64,000 nucleotides of DNA from a bacterium (GTDB lineage: Bacteria; Patescibacteriota; Microgenomatia; UBA8517). The translations under genes were made by a program, and so were the position numbers. Where the stretch lies: contig JAKAJP010000013.1 in assembly GCA_021824915.1 (NCBI GenBank), positions 1,733-65,732 on the forward strand, written 5' to 3'. The notes under the pieces were generated by a model. It saw nothing but the letters and a program-made list of their open reading frames with translations. It was not told where the DNA came from and did no database searches. Positions 56,737 to 64,000 of the stretch are shown here, in pieces; the first letter of the stretch is position 1; the number at the start of each line of letters is the position of its first letter.

Positions 56737-58542
56737 ATGAAGACGAGTGAAATACGAGAGAGGTATCTCAAGTTTTTTATAGCAAAGAAGCATAAAGTTG
56801 TTGCCCCGTCCCCATTGGTTTTGGAGAATGACCCAACGACACTTTTTACTTCAAGTGGAATGCAGCAGTTGGTACCATACCTTAAAGGTGAAAAACATCC
56901 TGAAGGCAAACGTCTTGTTGATTCTCAGCCCTCAATTCGTATGCAGGATTTGGATGAGGTCGCAGACAATCGTCACTATACTTTTTTTGAAATGCTTGGA
57001 AATTGGAGTCTGGGTGATTATTTTAAGGCTGAACAGCTCCCATGGGTTTGGGAGTTTTTCACCAAAGAGCTCGAGTTAGATCCTAAAAGACTTTACGTTT
57101 CGGTTTTTGAGGGTTATGAGGACGTTCCTAAAGATACAGAGTCTTTTGAGATTTGGAAAAAAATCGGAGTTCCTGAAAGCCACATTTTCTTTTATGGCGC
57201 AGATAAAAATTGGTGGAGCCGGGCCGGTGCGCCTGATAAAATGCCGGCGGGAGAAATCGGTGGGCCGGACAGCGAAATTTTCTACGAATTTGATACTCCT
57301 CACGACCCGAATTTTGGGAAATTTTGTCATCCAAATTGCGATTGTGGTAGATTTTTGGAAATCGGAAACTCAGTTTTTATGCAATATAAGAAACTTGAAA
57401 ACGGAAAACTTGAGGAGCTTCCGCAAAAAAATGTTGATTTTGGCGGCGGACTAGAGCGGATTGCGGCTGCTGTTAACGATGATCCGGACACTTACCATAT
57501 AGATTTGTTTGCCGAGGTTGTAAGAAAGATAGGAGAGGAAGTTGGAGTAAGCTATAATACAGACTCTGAAAAAAACAAAAGCTTCAGAATTATTGCGGAT
57601 CATCTAAGGGCGGCGGTAAATCTTTTAGCGGAAGGTGTGGTTCCTTCCAACAAACTTCAGGGTTATGCCTTAAGAAGATTAATTAGGCGAGCAATGTTTC
57701 ATTTTCATCTTCTCGGGAGCGGAATTTCCGGAAGCGCAGTTTCGTTTGTTGCGGAAGATTATCGAAATCACTATGGAAATGTCCATAAAAACTGGGAGTT
57801 TGTAAAAGAAAATTTGGAGGTTGAGGCAACAAGATTTGAATCTGCTCTAAAGCGCGGTTTAGCAAAGTTAACCCACGCCGTTTCGGAAAATTTGGAAATA
57901 GACGGAAAATTTGCTTTTGATCTTTACCAAACAGAGGGGTTTCCGCTCGAGCTTACCATGGAAATTCTTGGTCAGAACGGAATGGAATTTAGTCAACTTC
58001 AAAAAAATACTTTTGAAGCCGAATTTGAAAAACACAAAGAAAACTCTAGGAGTATGTCAGCAGGGATTTTTAGGGGAGGTTTGGAAAGTAAATCCGACGA
58101 GACAATTACAAGGCTTCATACTGCAACCCACCTCTTACATGCAGCACTTCGCGAAATTTTAGGTGAACATGTGGGGCAAAAAGGAAGTCATATAACTTCT
58201 GACCGGTTGAGATTTGATTTTTCTCATCCCAACAAATTGACCCAGAAAGAAATTGAAGGTGTTGAAGGCTTGATTAACGAGAAAATAAAGGCAAATTTGC
58301 CGGTTACGTTTGCCGTCATGAGTTTGGAGCGGGCTATTAAAGAAGGAGCCCTGCATTTTTTTGCCGAAAAGTACGGGAGCGAAGTAAAAGTTTATACGAT
58401 AGGTGATAAAGAAAATTGGTTTTCCAAGGAAGTTTGTGGAGGACCCCATGTAAGGAATACTTCTGAGATAGGTGGTGTTAAAATAATTAAACAAGAGAAA
58501 ATTGGATCCGGTGTTATCCGGGTTTACGCTGCCCTTAGATGA
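56737..58542 (+). CDS. alaS: alanyl-tRNA synthetase (short form lacking the C-Ala domain)
   Basis: Class II catalytic core (FTSSGMQQ, WSLGDYFK), tRNA-recognition region and editing-domain HxxxH (HTATHLLHAAL), with the editing-site Cys retained. 601 aa. Confidence 0.9.
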   Translation: MKTSEIRERYLKFFIAKKHKVVAPSPLVLENDPTTLFTSSGMQQLVPYLKGEKHPEGKRLVDSQPSIRMQDLDEVADNRHYTFFEMLGNWSLGDYFKAEQLPWVWEFFTKELELDPKRLYVSVFEGYEDVPKDTESFEIWKKIGVPESHIFFYGADKNWWSRAGAPDKMPAGEIGGPDSEIFYEFDTPHDPNFGKFCHPNCDCGRFLEIGNSVFMQYKKLENGKLEELPQKNVDFGGGLERIAAAVNDDPDTYHIDLFAEVVRKIGEEVGVSYNTDSEKNKSFRIIADHLRAAVNLLAEGVVPSNKLQGYALRRLIRRAMFHFHLLGSGISGSAVSFVAEDYRNHYGNVHKNWEFVKENLEVEATRFESALKRGLAKLTHAVSENLEIDGKFAFDLYQTEGFPLELTMEILGQNGMEFSQLQKNTFEAEFEKHKENSRSMSAGIFRGGLESKSDETITRLHTATHLLHAALREILGEHVGQKGSHITSDRLRFDFSHPNKLTQKEIEGVEGLINEKIKANLPVTFAVMSLERAIKEGALHFFAEKYGSEVKVYTIGDKENWFSKEVCGGPHVRNTSEIGGVKIIKQEKIGSGVIRVYAALR

Positions 58543-60734
58543 ATTTAAAAGAATTTTTGGCTAGTCGCGAGAAACCTCCCGAACTTTTTTGGTCGCTTGT
58601 AGTTGAGCCGGGTTGGGTTCAGGCTGGTCTTTGGTTTATTAATGGGCAGGAGACTGAAGTTGTAAGCGTGGGACCTTCTTCTCCATGGGAAGCCGATGAA
58701 GATTTGATCGGGGCAGTAGACGCAGCATTATCATCCGCAATTCAAAAATTGCCCGAAGAGTCCCAGGAGCCGTCTAAGACCGTCTTTGGTGTTCCTTCCG
58801 GCTGGGTCAGCGGTGGAGAAATAAAAGGAGAATTTTTGGATAGGATTAAGAAAGTTTGTACGGAGCTTTCTTTGGAACCGGTTGGTTTTGTTGTTTTACC
58901 TGAGGCAATTGCACACTTGTATAAGTCTGAAGAGGGATCACCGGTCAGTGCAATTATTGTGGGGCTGGGAAAAGAATTTTTGGAGATTGCAATTTTTAAG
59001 CTCGGAAATTTAATTGGCACCACATCGGTGGCTAGAAGCGTGTCAGTAATTGAAGATGTGACCGAAGGTTTAAGTCGTTTTGAAAGCGCTTCCCCACTTC
59101 CCTCAAGGTTGATAGTTTATGATGGGAGAGAGGGTGAAATTGAAGAGGCAAAGGATACACTTCTGTCAGCCGACTGGGACGGAATTGGGAAGATCAAATT
59201 TTTGCATACACCAAAAGTTGAGGCGTTGAGTACCGACCGAAAAGTTTTTGCTACGTCACTGGCGGGGGCATCGGAGATTGGCCACGCCTCACACGTTTCT
59301 TTGAGGGAAGTAAGGGAAAACCCTCCGCTAGATGAAGAAAGTAGTCTGGCGAATGTTACCGAGCCCGTTACCCCCGTATCCCCGGCCGATTTGGGATTTG
59401 CGATTGGTGAAGACGTCTCAAAGAGTACGATTGGGGTGAGAGAACCGTCACTAGCGTCCGTTCCGCCGGCACCTTCAGTTGAGAGAAGTGTTCGGGAGGC
59501 TATTTCTTTCGGGAAGCTGGCCCCTTTTAATAAAGTAAAATCTCTTTTTCACTCTCTGGTAGGGAAAATAAAACTTGCGCCGAAAGCTACCGGAAGGGTA
59601 AATAGAAAAAACCTTTATTTCCTTGGTCTTTTTGGTTTTGTTGCACTCATAGCACTTTTTGCTTTTTGGTGGTTCTATCCCAAAGCAACGGTTTTGGTTT
59701 ATGTTTCTCCCAAGGTGTATCAAGGCGAATCACAGATAAATGTTGATATTGGTGGTACAAGTGATATTGCAAACGCGGTTGTTCCGGGCCGCGTTTTGGA
59801 TGCAAAGGTTTCAGGAACAAAAACGGCAGGAACCACAGGATCAAAATTAATTGGAGATAAAGCTAAGGGCTCGGTTAAAATTGGTAATTCAACCGCAAAT
59901 CCAATAGATTTACCCGCCGGAACCATTCTTGGCTCTTCGGGTAATTTGAGTTTTACCACTGACTCCGAGGCCTCCGTATCGGCTGGTTTGGATTCATTCA
60001 CTCCTGGGACAACTACAGTGAGTGTTACCGCTGCCGACATTGGCGCTGAATATAATCTCGCAAACGGTGAAACCTTTACCGTTGGTAATTATCCGAAAGC
60101 AGAGGTTTCTGCACAATCAACCTCGGATTTTTCGGGCGGGACAAGCCAGCAAATTCTAGCAGTTTCCCAGGATGATCAGAGCAAGCTTGAGAGTTCCTTG
60201 ACGAGCGAACTTAGTGATCAGGCGTTGGATTCTACTGCTTCTCAGGCAAAAGACTCTGAAATTGTTGCCCCAGTCTTGGTTTCGGTAGACAAAATTGACG
60301 AAACATTTAGTAATAAGGTTGGCGATGAAGCATCAACTTTGAAGCTGGATCTGCAACTTGACACCAAAGGGGTGGCAATCGATAAATCTAACCTTATTGA
60401 GTTTGCCAAAACACTTCTTAAGGACAAAATTCCCCAGGGTTTTGCCTTGAGAGACGACCAGATTAGTTTTAAGTTTACGTTTCTCAAACTAAAGTCGGGT
60501 AGATATAGTTTCAAGGTTGAGGTCTCAGCCAACTTTCTCCCCGTAATCTCTAATGATCAGATAATTAGTCAAATATCCGGAAAAAGTAGTGATGCGGCCG
60601 AGACATACCTTGCAAAAATTCCGGGTTTCAGGAGAGCCGATGTGAGAATGGTAAGTCCATTTCCAAGTTTTCTTCAGGTGCTTCCGGAGGTTACCAAAAA
60701 TATCAATCTCCAGATTGTCGGTGAAAAACCCTGA
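58539..60734 (+). CDS. hypothetical bitopic protein: degenerate FtsA/PilM-like actin-fold N-domain, TM, extracellular Gly/Ser/Thr-rich beta domain
   Basis: N-terminal segments (ELFWSLVVEPGWVQAGLWFING..VVSVG and AIIVGLGKEFLEIAIFKLGNLIG) mimic actin-like phosphate-1 and phosphate-2 regions without the glycine signature. TM at about residue 355. Start overlaps the alaS stop. Confidence 0.35.
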   Translation: MNLKEFLASREKPPELFWSLVVEPGWVQAGLWFINGQETEVVSVGPSSPWEADEDLIGAVDAALSSAIQKLPEESQEPSKTVFGVPSGWVSGGEIKGEFLDRIKKVCTELSLEPVGFVVLPEAIAHLYKSEEGSPVSAIIVGLGKEFLEIAIFKLGNLIGTTSVARSVSVIEDVTEGLSRFESASPLPSRLIVYDGREGEIEEAKDTLLSADWDGIGKIKFLHTPKVEALSTDRKVFATSLAGASEIGHASHVSLREVRENPPLDEESSLANVTEPVTPVSPADLGFAIGEDVSKSTIGVREPSLASVPPAPSVERSVREAISFGKLAPFNKVKSLFHSLVGKIKLAPKATGRVNRKNLYFLGLFGFVALIALFAFWWFYPKATVLVYVSPKVYQGESQINVDIGGTSDIANAVVPGRVLDAKVSGTKTAGTTGSKLIGDKAKGSVKIGNSTANPIDLPAGTILGSSGNLSFTTDSEASVSAGLDSFTPGTTTVSVTAADIGAEYNLANGETFTVGNYPKAEVSAQSTSDFSGGTSQQILAVSQDDQSKLESSLTSELSDQALDSTASQAKDSEIVAPVLVSVDKIDETFSNKVGDEASTLKLDLQLDTKGVAIDKSNLIEFAKTLLKDKIPQGFALRDDQISFKFTFLKLKSGRYSFKVEVSANFLPVISNDQIISQISGKSSDAAETYLAKIPGFRRADVRMVSPFPSFLQVLPEVTKNINLQIVGEKP

Positions 60735-60750
60735 TGATAATATGTAATTC

Positions 60751-61437
60751 ATGTCTAGAAAAGCAATTTGGAGGCTTTCCGCCGTTATTTCGGGGTTGTC
60801 AGGGATAATTATTTTGATAGGCGTTTTATATCCAATCTTTTCATATAACTCAATTTATAGTCCTAGGTTTGAAAAATTAATTTCCCCTGTAAATGAAAGT
60901 CTGCCTGGAGTTGCGGGACAAGGCACCTTTGATGACACTCAGGCTAGTACATGGTTTCCCACTGCTGTAAAGAAAGAAGCGTTCGCTTCCTCTAAAGTTG
61001 AGTATTATACAATCAGCATACCCAGATTGAAAATTGACAACGCCTCAGTGGCTATTGGCGGAGAGGATTTGAATAAAAGTCTAATACAGTATCCTGGAAC
61101 GGCGCTTCCGGGGAAGCGGGGCAACTCTGTGATTTTTGGACATTCTATTCTGCCCATTTTTTATAACCCGAAAGAGTATATTTCTATCTTTTCGCTTCTA
61201 CCAACTCTCAAAAAAGGGGATGATATCTATGTGAATTATGATGGGGTTTCCTATACCTACAGGGTTGAAACGATGTTTGAAGTTCGACCAACTGATATTC
61301 AGGTTTTGGAACAGGACACCTCCGATTCGTTTTTAACCCTTGTAACCTGTACTCCTCCGGGAGATCCTACAAAACCCAAAAGGCTTATAGTTCGTGCCCG
61401 TGTGGTCTTGCCGGATCAAAATCAGAGTATTGATTAA
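60751..61437 (+). CDS. sortase-family transpeptidase (membrane-anchored)
   Basis: N-terminal TM, catalytic His region (VIFGHS) and the active-site TLVTC motif, followed by a conserved Arg (LIVRARVV). Confidence 0.75.
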   Translation: MSRKAIWRLSAVISGLSGIIILIGVLYPIFSYNSIYSPRFEKLISPVNESLPGVAGQGTFDDTQASTWFPTAVKKEAFASSKVEYYTISIPRLKIDNASVAIGGEDLNKSLIQYPGTALPGKRGNSVIFGHSILPIFYNPKEYISIFSLLPTLKKGDDIYVNYDGVSYTYRVETMFEVRPTDIQVLEQDTSDSFLTLVTCTPPGDPTKPKRLIVRARVVLPDQNQSID

Positions 61438-61439
61438 TC

Positions 61440-61826
61440 ATGCGAATACTTGGGATCGATTATGGAAGGAAGAAAGTTGGTGTAGCCTTCTCCGAAGGGT
61501 TTTTGGCTGAGCCCTTGAGGGTTATAAAATATAGTAGTTTGAAATCATTGGTAGAGAAAATTAAATGGATTGTCGAATCTGAAGGAGTTGAAAGGGTTGT
61601 TGTGGGAATCTCCGAGGGAGAAATGGGTAAAGAGTCCGAAGAATTTAGCCGGAGTTTGGGGAAAGTATTAAATATGCCAGTTGAGACTTTTGATGAAACC
61701 TTAACAAGTAAAGATGCCCAAAGATTTTCTTTGGAATCCGGTATTTCCAGGAAAAAGAGACGGGAAATGGAGGATGCGTACGCGGCCAGTTTGATGCTCC
61801 AGAATTATTTGGATTCTCAGGGTTGA
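61440..61826 (+). CDS. ruvX: Holliday-junction resolvase-like RuvX/YqgF (pre-16S rRNA nuclease)
   Basis: N-terminal ILGIDYGRKKVGVAFS (DxG) and the RuvX pattern in a 128-aa product. Confidence 0.85.
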   Translation: MRILGIDYGRKKVGVAFSEGFLAEPLRVIKYSSLKSLVEKIKWIVESEGVERVVVGISEGEMGKESEEFSRSLGKVLNMPVETFDETLTSKDAQRFSLESGISRKKRREMEDAYAASLMLQNYLDSQG

Positions 61827-61857
61827 CTACCAAGCCTCTATGCTATACTTTAGTTAG

Positions 61858-62058
61858 ATGTTTAAGAACGTGATTTCTCCGATTCAGGCGTGGCTTTTGT
61901 CTCAGGGGCGATGTGTGGGCTGCGGCAGAGAGTTGTCACTTGGTAAAGTGGGCAGTCGAAAAGATGGGACAAAAAGAATCTCCTGCCAATGTGGGCGTAT
62001 TTTTGTTTTAGATCCAAAAACCAAGAAATACAGACGGGCTCTTCTCGAGGAAGTTTAG
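61858..62058 (+). CDS. hypothetical zinc-ribbon protein (CxxC...CxC)
   Basis: 66-aa product with CVGCGRE and CQCGRIF pairs, between ruvX and mltG. Confidence 0.35.
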   Translation: MFKNVISPIQAWLLSQGRCVGCGRELSLGKVGSRKDGTKRISCQCGRIFVLDPKTKKYRRALLEEV

Positions 62059-62066
62059 AGCTTCCG

Positions 62067-63038
62067 ATGAAAAAACTTTATTTACTACCCTTTTTAGTTG
62101 TTTCCATATTGGTTTTAGCCCTGGTTTGGTTTTTCTGGGCATCGAGGCCGCCTTTACAAAGTGCGGGTTTTACAACCTTTGCTGTCGAAAACGGTGCTTC
62201 GGCGAGTCGGATTGGTACCAAACTCGAAAAAGATGGTTTTGTAAGAAGTGGTTTGGCTTTTAAGATTTATACCCAATTTACGGGATCTGCTGGAAAAATC
62301 CAGGCTGGGGAATACAGACTGAATCCAAGCTATACTCTTTTCCAAGTCGTTGCGGAACTGACACGGGGTCCGATTGAAATTTGGGTTACAATTCCGGAAG
62401 GACTACGGCGGGAAGAGGTTGCAGCTAAATTTACAAAAGCATTGGATCAGGACTCAGTTTTTGAGAGTCAATTTTTAGAAGCCTCTGTTGGACAGGAAGG
62501 ATTTTTATTTCCCGACACATATTTATTTTCGAAGGAATCTTCAGCGTCGGGAATAGTAAATAAGATGGTGCGGAATTTTGGATCCAAAACTGCAAATCTT
62601 GGAGCAGGTAAGGACTTAACTTTTGATCAAGGGATAATTCTTGCTTCGCTTATAGAACGTGAGACCAGGACAGAAGATGAACGCCCTGTCGTTGCCGGAA
62701 TTTTAATCAACAGACTTAATGCTGGAATGCCTTTACAGGTTGATGCAACCGTTCAGTATGCAGTCGCTACCAGTCGATGTAAGTTTACTTTGACTACCTG
62801 TTCTTGGTGGCAACCCCTCACCTCGGCAGATCTCTCAATAAATTCTCCATATAATACTTATTTGGTGCCGGGTTTACCACCCGCTCCCATAGCAAATCCC
62901 GGTTTGTCTTCTATACAGGCAGCTTTTAGTCCTGCAAAGACTGACTATTTTTATTATATTCATGACGCGGATGGTCAAATTCACTACGCCAAAACCCTTG
63001 ATGAGCAGAATGCCAATATTGCTAAATATCTTCACTGA
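62067..63038 (+). CDS. mltG: endolytic murein transglycosylase MltG (YceG family)
   Basis: Signal anchor MKKLYLLPFLVVSILV (the ORF track starts 78 nt earlier), then YceG hallmarks (VTIPEGLRREEVAAKF; LASLIERET). Confidence 0.8.
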   Translation: MKKLYLLPFLVVSILVLALVWFFWASRPPLQSAGFTTFAVENGASASRIGTKLEKDGFVRSGLAFKIYTQFTGSAGKIQAGEYRLNPSYTLFQVVAELTRGPIEIWVTIPEGLRREEVAAKFTKALDQDSVFESQFLEASVGQEGFLFPDTYLFSKESSASGIVNKMVRNFGSKTANLGAGKDLTFDQGIILASLIERETRTEDERPVVAGILINRLNAGMPLQVDATVQYAVATSRCKFTLTTCSWWQPLTSADLSINSPYNTYLVPGLPPAPIANPGLSSIQAAFSPAKTDYFYYIHDADGQIHYAKTLDEQNANIAKYLH

Positions 63039-63047
63039 TTTTAGTTA

Positions 63048-63075
63048 TTGACAGCCTTGGAATTGGGAATATAAT
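63048..63075 (+). promoter_or_regulatory. sigma70-type promoter for rpoB (-35 TTGACA 63048-53, 16-nt spacer, -10 TATAAT 63070-75)
   Basis: Perfect hexamers read directly, about 50 nt upstream of the rpoB ATG. Confidence 0.5.
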
Positions 63076-63122
63076 GCCCAATTAGGCGTACAAAGGTTTG
63101 GTACGCTCGTCTCGCATCTACC

Positions 63123-64000
63123 ATGCGGGCTTTTAGTGTTTCAATCCAAATAATGACGCTCAAAAACAACCGCCAGAATTTCGGAAAAGAGGAAAAAAAT
63201 TTACCCGAAATTGATTTAGCAAAAGTCCAACAAGAAAGCTGGCAGTGGTTTACCCAAGAAGGGATCGAAGAGGAGCTTTCCGCCATTTCCCCAATCGACG
63301 ATTTTACAGGCAAGAATTGGCAATTGTTTCTCGGTGAACACTCCCTCGGAACTCCAACCATTTCTCCCAGAACCGCACAACTTAAAGGTTTAACTTATTC
63401 ATCTCCCCTTAAAATCAGAGCAACTCTAGTTAACAAAAAGACTGGTCGTGAGGTGGCCCAGGATGTTTTTTTGGGTGACATTCCCCAAATGACATCTCGT
63501 GGAACCTTCGTTGTTAACGGTATTGAGCGCGCGGTTATCAACCAAATAGTCAGATCTCCTGGAGTTTATTTTTCCGGGGAGCTTGATGCTTCAAGTGGCC
63601 GAGTTCTTTATACCGCAGAAGTTAGGCCTCTGCATGGGAGCTGGCTTGAGTTTGAAGTGACCCGTGGCGATATTATTTATGCGAGAATTGATAGGCGTAG
63701 AAAGGTTTTAGCTACGGTTTTGCTTCGTGCGATGGGCGTAACCAGTGATGAGGAAATGGTCTCTATTTTTGCTGGCGTTGATAAAAGTGAAAATCATAAA
63801 TACGTAAGTGCAACTTTAGCCAAGGATCCGACAAAAACCAGAGAAGAGGCCCTAATTGAAATTTACAGAAAAATGAGACCAGGTGAGCCGGCGGTACTTG
63901 ATAACGCGGAAACCCTTTTTGCTTCCCTTTTTACAGATGGTAGACGCTATGATTTGGGAAAAGTTGGAAGGTTTAAGATAAATAAACGACTTGGACTCAC
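63123..64000 (+). CDS. rpoB: DNA-directed RNA polymerase beta subunit, N-terminal part (runs off the window end)
   Basis: My own translation from ATG 63123 (alternative ATG at 63153, same frame) gives MRAFSVSIQIMTLKNNRQNFGKEEKNLPEIDLAKVQQESWQWF...GTFVVNGIERAVINQIVRSPGVYF..., which has canonical RpoB N-terminal motifs. It is absent from the ORF track because there is no in-window stop. Confidence 0.9.
   Translation, partial: MRAFSVSIQIMTLKNNRQNFGKEEKNLPEIDLAKVQQESWQWFTQEGIEEELSAISPIDDFTGKNWQLFLGEHSLGTPTISPRTAQLKGLTYSSPLKIRATLVNKKTGREVAQDVFLGDIPQMTSRGTFVVNGIERAVINQIVRSPGVYFSGELDASSGRVLYTAEVRPLHGSWLEFEVTRGDIIYARIDRRRKVLATVLLRAMGVTSDEEMVSIFAGVDKSENHKYVSATLAKDPTKTREEALIEIYRKMRPGEPAVLDNAETLFASLFTDGRRYDLGKVGRFKINKRLGL

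Noticed and set aside
63041-63361. Minus-strand 106-aa ORF
   Set aside because: It overlaps the rpoB promoter and the first 80 codons of rpoB, which is unambiguous on the plus strand.

Overview
This 64-kb window is low-GC (~40%), very tightly packed, reads cleanly with standard stop codons, and is almost entirely protein-coding. The gene content fits a reduced-genome Candidate Phyla Radiation (Patescibacteria/Microgenomates-like) bacterium. That placement is an inference from sequence features, not a database result. It rests on a short IF2 and a short AlaRS, many GT-C membrane glycosyltransferases with a DPPR-synthase-like UbiA protein, a sortase, and a partial type IV pilus platform.

Housekeeping genes I can support:
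- groES-groEL
- hrcA-grpE-dnaK, and dnaJ
- nusA-infB-X-rpsO-pnp
- metG, alaS, rpsT, murJ, rnj, ftsK and a rodZ-like gene
- ruvX, mltG and the 5' end of rpoB
- rmuC, cutA, one tRNA-Cys(GCA), and two UvrD-family helicases, one fused to a Fe-S PD-(D/E)xK nuclease

Accessory-like regions worth follow-up:
- A five-gene, translationally coupled PcrA-FemAB-FemAB-GATase1-DUF3850 operon (18942-23400).
- A cell-envelope glycosylation island (6169-12517 and 23399-29433) holding a DPPR-synthase-like UbiA protein, a WecA/MraY-like GT4, UDP-xylose synthase, a GT2, an LCP protein and four GT-C-like multi-TM proteins.
- A minus-strand pilN-pilO operon continuing into three large secreted or surface proteins, with TP-repeat, 8-Cys and FN3 domains and C-terminal anchor-like tails (29430-34396).
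- An orphan 251-aa gene between dnaK and dnaJ, driven by two tandem consensus promoters and followed by an intergenic region that can fold into mutually exclusive RNA helices (40466-41441).
- A complete HrcA/CIRCE regulon signature: one good and two degenerate CIRCE elements, plus a 12-mer, TCCTCTTGACAA, shared by three chaperone-region promoters.
- A PNPase with an RGG/RG-rich C-terminal tail encoded by nested direct repeats, and a Lon-type AAA+ module lacking both the N-domain and the protease domain.
- A degenerate FtsA/PilM-like membrane protein plus a sortase inserted between alaS and ruvX.

I saw no CRISPR array, rRNA, transposase or integrase.
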